The translations under genes and the position numbers were made by a program. This document shows positions 20,049-29,835 of a stretch of DNA of 64,000 bases, one piece after another. Positions within the stretch are counted from its first letter, which is position 1; the number at the start of each line of letters is the position of its first letter. The notes beneath the pieces were generated by a model. It saw nothing but the letters and a program-made list of their open reading frames with translations, did not search any database and was not told the DNA's origin. This stretch comes from Kiritimatiellia bacterium (GTDB lineage Bacteria > Verrucomicrobiota > Kiritimatiellia > RFP12 > JBMNHG01), in NCBI GenBank assembly GCA_050950285.1, contig JBMNHG010000002.1:374296-438295 (forward strand). Direction: 5' to 3'.

Positions 20049-21176
20049 ATGAGATTGCATGATACGCGGCAAATCGAGCGTGCCGTGCTCATACAGGTGG
20101 TGCATAGCCAGATGGACAGTGCCGAGGCAGCCGACTCGCTGCTGGAGCTGGGACGCCTGGCCGAAACCGCGGGATTCGAGGTGGCCGGCGAGCTTACGCA
20201 AAGCCGCGACAAGCCCGACGGAGGCACACTGATCGGCTCCGGCAAGCTGGAGGAGCTCAAAGCCCTGATCGCCAGTACCGAGGCCGACACGGTCATCGCC
20301 GACAACGAACTGAACGCCATCCAGGCCTTCAACCTGGGCAAGGCGCTCGACGTCCGCGTGATGGACCGGACCGAAATCATCCTCGAGATCTTCGCGCGGC
20401 GCGCCCGTTCGGCCGAAGCGCAGGTGCAGGTCGAACTGGCGCAGCAGGATTTCCTGCTGCGGCGCATCCCGGTGACCGAATCGCAACAACGCTTCAAAGG
20501 CCGCGCCAACGTCCGCGGTCCCGGCGAAGGCCACCTCCACCTGCGCAACGAGCCGCTGCGGCGCCGCATCGCCGAGCTCAAGCGCAAGCTTGCGGCGATC
20601 CAGCAACGGCAGACACAACGCGACCGGATCCAGCGCCCATGGCCGCTTGTCTCGCTCGTCGGATACACCAACGCCGGCAAGTCGACCCTGCTGAACGCGC
20701 TCGCCGGCGCCGAGGCCTATGTGGACGACAAGCTCTTCGCCACCCTCGACACCAAGACACGCAGGGCCTGGCTCGCTCCCGGTCGCGAAGTCCTGCTGAC
20801 CGACACCGTCGGCTTCATCCGCAACCTGCCGCATTCGCTGGTCGCCTCCTTCCGCTCGACCCTCGATGTCGCCGTGCAGGCCGATTTGCTGCTGATCGTC
20901 GTCGATGCGGGCTATCCCTGCGTGGAAGACCATATCGCCGTCTGCCGTACGACCCTGCAGGAGATCGGCGCGCAAGAGGTGCCCTACCTGCTGGTGCTGA
21001 ACAAGTGCGACCTCGGCACATCCGACCACGCCGTGCTGCACCTCGCGGAACGCCACCCCCACGTCATACCGATTTCGGCGCGCACCGGCTTCGGGCTCGA
21101 TGTCCTGAAGCGCACGATCATCGAGGAGCTGAAAAAACACAGCGACGCATGGCGCCTTTCGCCAACCAGCCCATAG
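20049..21176 (+). CDS. hflX: Ribosome-splitting GTPase HflX
   Basis: IGSGKLEEL, DRT.IILEIFA, GPGE, GYTNAGKS, LFATLD, DTVGFI and NKCD motifs. Confidence 0.95.
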   Translation: MRLHDTRQIERAVLIQVVHSQMDSAEAADSLLELGRLAETAGFEVAGELTQSRDKPDGGTLIGSGKLEELKALIASTEADTVIADNELNAIQAFNLGKALDVRVMDRTEIILEIFARRARSAEAQVQVELAQQDFLLRRIPVTESQQRFKGRANVRGPGEGHLHLRNEPLRRRIAELKRKLAAIQQRQTQRDRIQRPWPLVSLVGYTNAGKSTLLNALAGAEAYVDDKLFATLDTKTRRAWLAPGREVLLTDTVGFIRNLPHSLVASFRSTLDVAVQADLLLIVVDAGYPCVEDHIAVCRTTLQEIGAQEVPYLLVLNKCDLGTSDHAVLHLAERHPHVIPISARTGFGLDVLKRTIIEELKKHSDAWRLSPTSP

Positions 21177-21269
21177 GGGCCGCCTGTCAACGAAGAGGCT
21201 CCCGAAACAGGCAGGATGACGCCGGAGTCATTTCATTTCGAAGCCGCTTTCGTTTGCGCACATACGCGC

Positions 21270-21299
21270 TTGCGCAAAGCGACCGGTTCGTGATATATT
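21270..21299 (+). promoter_or_regulatory. Putative rpsA promoter
   Basis: TTGCGC-18 nt-TATATT with extended TG. Confidence 0.45.
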
Positions 21300-21381
21300 G
21301 TCCAAATTCTCTGCGCCCGCCCGCCTTGTGGCGGGGGGATCGGGCGCTGTTTCTCGCCAGTCAACCGGAAACCCCCTAAAC

Positions 21382-23145
21382 ATGTCGAACAAGAAGTCCA
21401 CCGCTTTCGGTGGCCAGAACAGTCCCTTCGCCGCCGCCATGGCGGCCGTCCTCGAGGACTCGATCACGCAATTCACCCCGGGCGCCATCATCAAGGGCAC
21501 CGTCGTGGCCGTCCGCAGCAACGAAGTCATCCTGGACATCGGCTACAAGTCCGAGGGCGCCGTGCCCGCGAACCAGTTTGAAGACCTCTCGCAGCTCCAA
21601 GTCGGCGACGAAGTCGACGTTCTCCTCGACCAGCTCGAGGGCGAGGACGGCATGGTCGTGCTGAGCAAGTCCAAGGCCGACGAGCGCATCCGCTGGGAGG
21701 CGATGCTCCAGAAATACCAGGAGGGCTGCGTGGTCCAGGGCTTCGTGAAGAGCCGCGTCCGCGGCGGCCTGGTGGTTTCGGTCGACGGCGTGGAGGCCTT
21801 CCTCCCTGGCTCGCAGATCGACATCGTGCAGGTGCAGGACATCGACCAGTTCATCGGCCAGACGCTCGATTTCAAGCTGATCAAGATCAGCCACGAGCGC
21901 CGCAACATCATCCTTTCGCGCCGCGAGCTCCTCGAAGACCAGCAGGCGGAAAAGAAGCGCGAGCTCCTCACCTCCATCCAGCCCGGCCAGCTCCGCCACG
22001 GCAAGGTGAAGAACATCACCGACTTCGGCGTGTTCGTGGACCTCGACGGCCTCGATGGCCTCCTCCACATCACCGACATGAGCTGGGGCCGCGAGAAGCA
22101 CCCCTCCGAGCTCGTCAAGACCGGCCAGGAGCTCGATGTCCTTATCCTCGACGTCGACCTTGACCGCGAGCGCGTCTCCCTCGGCCTCAAGCAGATCCAG
22201 GCCAACCCCTGGGAGAATGTCGAAGCCAAGTACCCCGTCGGCTCCCGCCTGCGCGGCAAAGTCGTCAACCTCGTGCCCTACGGCGCGTTCGTCGAGATCG
22301 AGCCGGGCATCGAAGGCCTGGTGCACGTCTCCGAATTCTCCTGGACCAAGCGCGTGGCCCGCGCCTCCGACGTCCTCAGCATCGGCGACGAAGTGGACGT
22401 GGCGGTGCTCAACGTGGACACCGCCAACCAGAAGATCGCGCTCGGCATCCGCCAGACCGAGGCCAACCCCTGGGACACCGTGCAGGACCGCTACCCCGTG
22501 GGCTCCCGCATTTCCGGCAAGGTCCGCAACTTCACCACCTACGGCGCCTTCGTCGAGCTCGAAGAGGGCATCGACGGCATGATCCACGTCTCCGACATGT
22601 CCTGGACGCGCAAGGTCAACCACCCGAGCGAAGCCCTCCAGAAGGGCCAGCAGGTGGAGGCCATCGTGCTCGAGGTGGATCCCGCGAACCAGCGCATCAG
22701 CCTCGGCCTCAAGCAGGCCACGGCCGATCCCTGGAGCACCATCTCCTCCCGCTACGCCATCGGCCAGGTGGTCAAGGGCAAGGTCTCGAAGATTGCCTCG
22801 TTCGGCGCCTTCGTCGAGTTCGAGGACGGCGTGGACGGCCTGGTCCACATCTCGCAGATCAGCGACGACCACGTCGAAAAGGTCAAGGACGCCCTGCACG
22901 TCGGCCAGGAGGTCGAGGCCCGCATCGTGAAGATCGACCGCGACGAGCGCCGCATCGGCCTGAGCATCAAGGCCGTGGACATGGCCGAGGAAGAGGTTGC
23001 CGAGCTCGCCAAGGAGTTCGGCGCCACCGACCTCAAGCCCGGCGAAAACCTGGTTGGCCTCGCGGCCGCCTTCGACGACGCCTTCGCCTCCGCCGGCGAA
23101 GAATGGCGTCCTGGCGAGGGCTCTTCGCCTTCCGACGACGAATAG
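21382..23145 (+). CDS. rpsA: 30S ribosomal protein S1
   Basis: Six S1 domains (DIGYKSEG, AFLPGSQID, GLLHITDMSW, GLVHVSE, GMIHVSD, GLVHISQ). Confidence 0.97.
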   Translation: MSNKKSTAFGGQNSPFAAAMAAVLEDSITQFTPGAIIKGTVVAVRSNEVILDIGYKSEGAVPANQFEDLSQLQVGDEVDVLLDQLEGEDGMVVLSKSKADERIRWEAMLQKYQEGCVVQGFVKSRVRGGLVVSVDGVEAFLPGSQIDIVQVQDIDQFIGQTLDFKLIKISHERRNIILSRRELLEDQQAEKKRELLTSIQPGQLRHGKVKNITDFGVFVDLDGLDGLLHITDMSWGREKHPSELVKTGQELDVLILDVDLDRERVSLGLKQIQANPWENVEAKYPVGSRLRGKVVNLVPYGAFVEIEPGIEGLVHVSEFSWTKRVARASDVLSIGDEVDVAVLNVDTANQKIALGIRQTEANPWDTVQDRYPVGSRISGKVRNFTTYGAFVELEEGIDGMIHVSDMSWTRKVNHPSEALQKGQQVEAIVLEVDPANQRISLGLKQATADPWSTISSRYAIGQVVKGKVSKIASFGAFVEFEDGVDGLVHISQISDDHVEKVKDALHVGQEVEARIVKIDRDERRIGLSIKAVDMAEEEVAELAKEFGATDLKPGENLVGLAAAFDDAFASAGEEWRPGEGSSPSDDE

Positions 23146-23164
23146 CCTCCCGCAGATTCCCTCC

Positions 23165-23209
23165 GGCCCGGCGGTCCGTCCCAAAGGGCGGTCCGCCGGG
23201 CCTTCGTTT
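23165..23209 (+). terminator. Probable intrinsic terminator after rpsA
   Basis: Stem-loop GGCCCGGCGGTCCGTCCC-aaa-GGGCGGTCCGCCGGGCC followed by TTCGTTT. Confidence 0.6.
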
Positions 23210-23274
23210 GCATCCGGGTTCGCGCCCGCCGCCTCGCTGCGGACCTCCCCCACCCCATCCCCACATACCCGCCC

Positions 23275-24549
23275 ATGTCCACCCTCCTCGATACCCTTCG
23301 CGAGCGCGGCCTCCTCGACGCCGTCACCAGCCCCGACCTGGAAAAGGCGCTGGAACGCCCCCTCACCGTCTATGCCGGCTTCGACCCCACCAGCGAAAGC
23401 CTCCAGGCCGGCAACTACGTCACCATCATGGCCCTCGCCCACTTCCAGCGCGCCGGCCACAAGGTGATCGCGCTCGTCGGCGGCGCCACGGGGCTCATCG
23501 GCGATCCCTCCGGGAAGAGCGCCGAACGCACGATGCTTACGGTGGAAGAGGTCGCGAAGAACGTCGAGGGCATCCAGGAGAACCTTTCGCGCTTCCTGAA
23601 GTTCGACGATCCCGCGAACCCCGCAATCCTCGTGAACAACTACGACTGGTACCGGGACGTGAATGCGATCGACTTCCTGCGCGACGTTTGCGTGAACTTC
23701 CGCGTGCCCGCCATGCTTGCGAAGGAAAGCGTCAAAAAGCGCCTCGAAGCTGCCGACGGGGGAATGACCTTCACGGAGTTCAGCTACCAGATTCTCCAGG
23801 GCAACGACTTCCTCCACCTCTACGACACCTTCGGGTGCACCCTGCAAATCGGCGGCTCGGACCAATGGGGCAACATCACCGCCGGGACCGACCTCGTGCG
23901 CCGCCTGCGCGGCACGGAGGTCTATGGCCTCACCTTCCCGCTCATCTGCGACAGCCAGGGACGCAAGTTCGGGAAGAGCGAGGGGAATGCCATCTTCCTC
24001 GACGCCCGCAAGACCTCCTGCTACGACTTCTACCAGTTCTTCCTGCGCTCGGAAGACGCGGACGTGATCCGCTACCTCAAGGTCTTCACCTTTCTCCCGC
24101 TGGAGCGCATCGCCGAACTCGAAGCCGGACTCCAGGCCAACCCCGGCGCACGCACCGCCCAACGCGTGCTCGCCGAAGAGGTCACCCGCGCCGTACACGG
24201 CGAAGCCGCCCTCGCCGCCGCCAGGCAGGCAAGCGAAGTCCTCTTCGGCGGTTCGATCGAAGGCCTGGACGCCGCCGCCCTGGAACGCATCTTCCTGGAC
24301 GCCCCGTCCATCGAGCTCCCCCGCGAATCCGTCGCCGGAGAGCCCCTCCTGAAGGTGCTCGTGGCCTCCGGCCTCTGCTCGAGCAACGGCGAAGCCCGCC
24401 GCCTCGTCCTGCAGGGCGGCTGCCAAATGAACAATCGCCGGATGACCGATCCCGCCGCCACCGTCACGGAAGACGACCTTATCGAAGGCCGCCTCCTCGT
24501 GCTCAAGTCGGGAAAGAAAACCTACCGCCTCGTCAAGGTCGCGGGGTGA
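23275..24549 (+). CDS. tyrS: Tyrosine--tRNA ligase
   Basis: YAGFDPT, VGGATGLIGDPSGK, FTEFSYQILQGND, QIGGSDQWGNI, KFGKS and a C-terminal S4-like domain. Confidence 0.97.
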   Translation: MSTLLDTLRERGLLDAVTSPDLEKALERPLTVYAGFDPTSESLQAGNYVTIMALAHFQRAGHKVIALVGGATGLIGDPSGKSAERTMLTVEEVAKNVEGIQENLSRFLKFDDPANPAILVNNYDWYRDVNAIDFLRDVCVNFRVPAMLAKESVKKRLEAADGGMTFTEFSYQILQGNDFLHLYDTFGCTLQIGGSDQWGNITAGTDLVRRLRGTEVYGLTFPLICDSQGRKFGKSEGNAIFLDARKTSCYDFYQFFLRSEDADVIRYLKVFTFLPLERIAELEAGLQANPGARTAQRVLAEEVTRAVHGEAALAAARQASEVLFGGSIEGLDAAALERIFLDAPSIELPRESVAGEPLLKVLVASGLCSSNGEARRLVLQGGCQMNNRRMTDPAATVTEDDLIEGRLLVLKSGKKTYRLVKVAG

Positions 24550-24633
24550 TCCGCACGCCAGCGTTACACCCGTTGCGCGACACCAACAGGCGGGACCGCC
24601 AACAGCCGGGATCGCGCTTTTCGGATTTTACGC

Positions 24634-24662
24634 TTGCCGCAACCGCCGCGCCCTTGTATACT
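24634..24662 (+). promoter_or_regulatory. Promoter of tRNA-Ser
   Basis: TTGCCG-17 nt-TATACT, 24 nt upstream of the tRNA. Confidence 0.65.
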
Positions 24663-24686
24663 AAGCTTTCATTGTACTTTTGCCTT

Positions 24687-24778
24687 GGAGAGGTGGCCGA
24701 GTGGCTGAAGGCAACGGTTTGCTAAACCGTCATACTGGGCAACCGGTATCGGGGGTTCGAATCCCCCCCTCTCCGCCA
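24687..24778 (+). tRNA. tRNA-Ser(GCT) with encoded CCA
   Basis: Acceptor stem GGAGAGG/CCTCTCC; anticodon arm ACGGT-TTGCTAA-ACCGT; long variable arm; GGTTCGAATCC T-arm; ends GCCA. Confidence 0.97.
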
Positions 24779-24784
24779 CGGTTT

Positions 24785-24841
24785 GAAACAAGAAAACCCG
24801 CGATTCCCCGAAAACAGGGGGCTCGCGGGTCTTCTTGTTTC
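24785..24841 (+). terminator. Long hairpin directly after tRNA-Ser (terminator-like)
   Basis: GAAACAAGAAAACCCGCGA...TCGCGGGTCTTCTTGTTTC, an imperfect inverted repeat. Confidence 0.6.
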
Positions 24842-25122
24842 CATGGCCAGGCTGTTCCGAACCTCTTGATCACCTTCACCCTCCGCCCCTTCGGAATCTC
24901 CGTCCGAAGCGACCTGTTCCAAGGTGCTTTCCGACAAGGCGTAAAATGAAGTTTGAAAACTCCGGCTCGAATCTTTATAATGCAAGACGTTCTCAAGTGA
25001 AAAGCCGCTGGTTTCAATGGGAGGAAGAGTGCGTCCCTGGCCGCAGGGATGGCGCAATCCTCCACAAGCGTACCGCAAAGACGAATCGAGCCGCTGCCTG
25101 TCCATCCTAAAGGAGTACCGCA

Positions 25123-28100
25123 ATGCAACCCTGCCGTGACCGGAAGTCCATCTGCCGCTTCCTTCTCGCCGCCGTTTTCCCGGCGACCGTGGCGACAGCC
25201 ACCGCCACGACCGTCCTGTCATTCGACGGATCCTACCGCTTCCACGTGGCGGACGGGAGCACCCCCGCCGCGATGGTCTTCCAGCAGAACTTCCCGGAGA
25301 TGACGATCGAGTACTGGGTGAAACCCACCGCGGCGCCCACCACCTACACCATGCACGTCACGCGCGGGCCGGCGAACACGGGCGCCATCGGCAAGGGCTA
25401 CTGGTGGGCCGGGCTCCTGAACGACTTCACGCTCACGGCGACCTTCAACGCGGTGAACGAAAGCGACACCTTCGCCCATGGGAACACCTCCGTCACGCTT
25501 CCGCAGAACCAGTGGACCCACGTCGCCGCCACATGGACCGGCGGCGCGGGCGGCCATGGCGAGGTCTACACCAACGGCGTCCTCGTGAAAAGCTACGCCA
25601 CCGACGTCGCGATGACCGGAAACGGCCCCGGCGCCATGGCCTTCGGCGGCACCGTGAACCACGCGAATACGGACCGCTTCTTGAGGGGACGGATGGCGGA
25701 CGTCCGCATCTGGAGCGTCTCCCGCACCCCGCCGCAAATCGCCGCCAACTACAACAGGCGCCTCGCGGGGAACGAGCCGGGCCTGATCGGCTATTGGAAG
25801 ATGGACGATGGATCCGGCACCATCGCCGTCGATTCCACCGCGAACGGCAACAACGCCGTAGCCTACTCCGGCAAGGACACGCCGGCGTCGAGCGCGACCT
25901 GGATCGACGATTCCGGCCTGGTCTTCGTCTCCTCCGACGAACTCCTGCTAAGCAATCCCATCACCGCCTCCACGCTCTACACGTGCACGAACGCCTTCAA
26001 CGTACTCCTGGCCCCGGCCTACGAAGATGCCACGGAATACCAGGCCACGCTTGGAACCTCCGCCGCCGCGCTGGACGACGCCGCGTGGCTTGCCTACGAT
26101 CCGGCCCATACCCCGCAGCTAATCACCATCCCCGCCCTGCCCGCCGCCGCAGGCGAATTCGACGTCACCTTCTGGACGCGCGGCGCCGGCGCCACGAACT
26201 CCGTCTCCGCGACGATGACCTACGTGACCACGCCCCCCACGGTCGTCACGAAGCCCGTGTCCGTCACGCTGAACACGGCGGAGGGCGCGGCCATCACGGC
26301 TGCGGACGTCGACGACGGCTCCTCCGACCCCGTCGGCATCTTCTCCCTCGGCGTTTCGCCGGAGCGCGTGTACGACCACGCGAACGTCACGCTCACCGTG
26401 ATGAACAGGGCGGGGCTTGTCGCCTCCGCCCAGGCCGCGGTCGTCGTCGACACCTATCTCGACTACTATGTCGCGTCCGCCCCGCTGGGCGACGACACCG
26501 TCGGCACCGGCCGCACGAACGCGCCCTGGGCGACCATCACGCGCGGCCTCGCCGCCGCCAACGCCGCCGCCGCCACCTCCGGCCGCGGCACGATCGTGAA
26601 CATCGCGGAGGGCACCTACACGGCGGACACCGGGGAGGACTTCCCGCTCGCGATCTCGAACAACGTCTCCATCGCCGGCGCAGGCATCGGGCGGACGATC
26701 CTCGATGGAGGGAATACCAACTCCCTCCTGCTCGTTCCGACCGACACCACCGCCGGTTCGGCGAGGATCTCGGACCTTTCGCTCCGGAACGCGGCAACGC
26801 GCTTCATCACCATGAACGGCACCTGGAACGGCACGATCGCCGATTGCGAGATGACGGGCCTCGCCGAGGATTCCGCCTCGACCGATGGAGACACCGCCGC
26901 CATCCTCTACTACAACTCCCCCACGACCGCGAACCTCACCCTCGACGGGCTGGTGGTCACGAACATCGACACCAACCTTCGCCGCCTGATGACCCTCCTG
27001 GCGCCGGGGACAAGCGGTTCGCTCGTCATCACGAACTGCCTCTTTGCGGATCTTTCGACCGCGACCGCCTCCGGTCCGCTGAGCGGGAACATCCACATCG
27101 CCGCGCCTGCGGGCGTCGAGAGCGAGAGCTGGGGCCCGGTGTCCATCGCCGATTCCGTCTTCGAGAATCTTTCCGCCCCCGGCGGCGACCACGGCCGCGC
27201 CGGCTTCTGGATGTTCGGACACTCCCCCAAGAGCATCGTCTTCGACCGTTGCATCTTCCGTCACATCGACTTCGACGCGGGCGAATTCCTGTTCGCCCCG
27301 CAGGCCATCCATTACTTCAGCCTGAGGAACTCGCTCGTGCACGACGTGGCGATGGGCGAAGGGACCTACCGCGCCATCATGGGCGGCTACGCCTCGCGCC
27401 CCCAGCCTCGCAACGTGACCTTCCACGGCTGCGACGGCGCGGTGATCCGCCCGAACCCCTACCCCTCCGGCACTTCCGAGGTCGCCGCCTACGCCTACAA
27501 CTGCAGCTTCAGCTCCTGCGAGGCCCTCACCGCGCGCAGCGGCCTGCTCTATGCATCCAACTGCAACATCTTCGACACGCCGCCCGGCGAAGGGTACGAC
27601 GTGGAGAACAGCATCTTCATGACCACCTACGACCCGAACTTCATGAACGCCGCAAACGGCAACTTCCACCTCAAGGCCTACAGCCAATTGATCGACGCCG
27701 GCTATGTGCTCAAGGATCCGGGGCTCGGTTCGCTTGACGGCAACCCCCGCGTGATCGACGGCGACAACGACGGCGTCGCCATCATCGACATCGGCGCCTA
27801 CGAGTACAAGCCCGGCGACGGCTCCCGCTTCGAGACGGAGCGCAACACCTACGGCTTCTTCGCCGGACAAACCCGCGAGATTCCGCTCTGGATCGAGGGC
27901 GGAAGCGAAACCTCCTCCGTCACCGCCACCCTCGCCTATTCCGCCGGCGTCTCCGGCCCTGCCACCGTCTGCTTCCAGACCGGCGCCGAAACGAACCTCG
28001 TCGAAGTGACCGTCGCCAGCCCGCTCCCCGCCGCCTCCGGAACGGTGCGGGAAATCACCGTCTCCGACACCCATGGCTTGCTTGACGACCTCCACATCGG

Positions 28101-29823
28101 CGTGAGCTTCTCCGACCCGGTCGTCTCCCTCGGGAACTACGCGGGGCGCGCCTTCCTCCGCAACGGCATCGTGCGAGACCTCCCGGTGTCGCTCCCCTCG
28201 GGCGATTTCATCGCCCCCGGCGACATCGCCATCGCCGTCGAGCCCGTCGCCTCCGACGGCTCCGGCACCATCGCGTGGACGGGCGCCGGAACACCGGGCA
28301 TCCTCGCCGGCGCAACCTCCGGCGACGGCGTCTTCCGGCTGGCCGGCGGCACGCCCGGCCTCACCTCCGTGCGCCTGGCGTTGTCGGGCGGGTTCGTCTT
28401 CGAGCAGACCGGCACCGCCTCGATGACGGTCGAACTCGCCGGCTACGACGCCCCGCTCTGGATCTCCCCGGACGGCAGCGATACCGAAGGCATGGGCACG
28501 GAAGAAGCCCCGCTTCGCACGCTCGCCTTCGCCATTCCGCTCCTCTCCGAAGGCGAATCCCTCCAGATGGCGGCCGGCCTGTACACGACCAACCACGTCG
28601 AGACCTTCCCCGTGACCATCGCCCCCGGCATCGAGGTGAGCGGCGTGCGCGGCCCCCTCGGAACGGAGGCGGACACCACCATCGTCGATCCCGACGGCAG
28701 CGCACCGGCCTTCATCCTCGGCACCACCGAAGCGGCCGATCCGGGCAACATCTCCGGCGGCGCCCTCCGCCACCTCGTCGTCCGCAACGCGCAGGCCACC
28801 GCGGTCCGAGCCCGCTACTGGGGCGGCGAAATCGAGGATTGCCTCATCACGCACGTCGTCGACGGCCCCCTCGCCACCGACAACACCGCCGCGCTCCGCC
28901 TGGACACCCTGCGCCGCGTGGGCGGAACGATCATGGACGGCGTCGAGATCGGCTGCGTCACCACCGACCTTCCGCACGTCTTCTACGTGAGCAGCGGAAC
29001 GTCGTCGCTCACGATGACGAACTGCTGCTTCCACGACCTCGCCTCGACGGCGGTCCTGTACGACAACGGCCTCTTCGAGTCGTCGAAGACGGTCACCGTC
29101 CTCGACACCCTCTTCGAGCGCATCGCCATCTCCGCGTCCGCGGGAACCGCCCAGGGCGTTTTCCGCTTCTACGGCGGCGTCATCCCGACCTTCAACCGCT
29201 GCGTCTTCCGCGACATCGACCTCGAGTGCAACTCGGACGGCGGCTACCAGCGCGTGTCCGTGATTGCCGTCAACGGCGACAGGGACGGCACCCACATCTG
29301 CAACACGCTCTTCCACGACATCCGCAGCGCGAACGGCTGCCCCTGCTTCGGCGGCTTCAATTGCACGCCCTACCTCCGCAACTGCACCTTCGACTCCGTC
29401 GCGGCGGTCATCGGCCACTACTACAACAACGTGGTCAACACCTCGTACCTCTACAACTCCTCGATCAGCGACGTCGGCTACCTGAGCCGGGTCACGCCTT
29501 CCGACAACCTTCCGCTGGTGCTCGGCAACGTGAACATCTTCGGCTATACGGAATCCGCGCTCTACTCGACCAACCTGAGCTCGAACGTCACCTTCCTCGA
29601 CCCGCGCTACCGGAACGCGGCGGCCGGCGACTTCCGCCTCCGCAGCTCCAGCCCGCTGGTGGACGCCGGCGATCCCGCGCAGGGCACGGGCGAGCTGGTC
29701 GGCGACGTCGACCTCCGGCTCGCCGCGCGCGTCGTGGACGGCAACCGCGACGGTTCGGCCGTGATCGACATCGGCGCCTTCGAGTGCGGCCTCCCCGTCG
29801 GGACGATGCTCTTCCTGCGATAA
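25123..29823 (+). CDS. Large secreted protein: LamG-like domain, Ig/HYR-like region, two DUF1565-like/parallel beta-helix modules each ending in a choice-of-anchor-Q-like motif; C-terminus GTMLFLR
   Basis: Signal-peptide-like N-terminus; TIEYWVK, WTHVAATW, GRMADVRIW, GLIGYWKMDDGSG (LamG); G.D..G.G....P..T caps; NFHL...S.LIDAG...DIGAYE/DIGAFE. Confidence 0.8.
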   Translation: MQPCRDRKSICRFLLAAVFPATVATATATTVLSFDGSYRFHVADGSTPAAMVFQQNFPEMTIEYWVKPTAAPTTYTMHVTRGPANTGAIGKGYWWAGLLNDFTLTATFNAVNESDTFAHGNTSVTLPQNQWTHVAATWTGGAGGHGEVYTNGVLVKSYATDVAMTGNGPGAMAFGGTVNHANTDRFLRGRMADVRIWSVSRTPPQIAANYNRRLAGNEPGLIGYWKMDDGSGTIAVDSTANGNNAVAYSGKDTPASSATWIDDSGLVFVSSDELLLSNPITASTLYTCTNAFNVLLAPAYEDATEYQATLGTSAAALDDAAWLAYDPAHTPQLITIPALPAAAGEFDVTFWTRGAGATNSVSATMTYVTTPPTVVTKPVSVTLNTAEGAAITAADVDDGSSDPVGIFSLGVSPERVYDHANVTLTVMNRAGLVASAQAAVVVDTYLDYYVASAPLGDDTVGTGRTNAPWATITRGLAAANAAAATSGRGTIVNIAEGTYTADTGEDFPLAISNNVSIAGAGIGRTILDGGNTNSLLLVPTDTTAGSARISDLSLRNAATRFITMNGTWNGTIADCEMTGLAEDSASTDGDTAAILYYNSPTTANLTLDGLVVTNIDTNLRRLMTLLAPGTSGSLVITNCLFADLSTATASGPLSGNIHIAAPAGVESESWGPVSIADSVFENLSAPGGDHGRAGFWMFGHSPKSIVFDRCIFRHIDFDAGEFLFAPQAIHYFSLRNSLVHDVAMGEGTYRAIMGGYASRPQPRNVTFHGCDGAVIRPNPYPSGTSEVAAYAYNCSFSSCEALTARSGLLYASNCNIFDTPPGEGYDVENSIFMTTYDPNFMNAANGNFHLKAYSQLIDAGYVLKDPGLGSLDGNPRVIDGDNDGVAIIDIGAYEYKPGDGSRFETERNTYGFFAGQTREIPLWIEGGSETSSVTATLAYSAGVSGPATVCFQTGAETNLVEVTVASPLPAASGTVREITVSDTHGLLDDLHIGVSFSDPVVSLGNYAGRAFLRNGIVRDLPVSLPSGDFIAPGDIAIAVEPVASDGSGTIAWTGAGTPGILAGATSGDGVFRLAGGTPGLTSVRLALSGGFVFEQTGTASMTVELAGYDAPLWISPDGSDTEGMGTEEAPLRTLAFAIPLLSEGESLQMAAGLYTTNHVETFPVTIAPGIEVSGVRGPLGTEADTTIVDPDGSAPAFILGTTEAADPGNISGGALRHLVVRNAQATAVRARYWGGEIEDCLITHVVDGPLATDNTAALRLDTLRRVGGTIMDGVEIGCVTTDLPHVFYVSSGTSSLTMTNCCFHDLASTAVLYDNGLFESSKTVTVLDTLFERIAISASAGTAQGVFRFYGGVIPTFNRCVFRDIDLECNSDGGYQRVSVIAVNGDRDGTHICNTLFHDIRSANGCPCFGGFNCTPYLRNCTFDSVAAVIGHYYNNVVNTSYLYNSSISDVGYLSRVTPSDNLPLVLGNVNIFGYTESALYSTNLSSNVTFLDPRYRNAAAGDFRLRSSSPLVDAGDPAQGTGELVGDVDLRLAARVVDGNRDGSAVIDIGAFECGLPVGTMLFLR

Positions 29824-29835
29824 CCGGGCGATACC

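Noticed and set aside
23146..23274. T-box upstream of tyrS
   Set aside because: Too short and no T-box consensus; the hairpin is better explained as the rpsA terminator.
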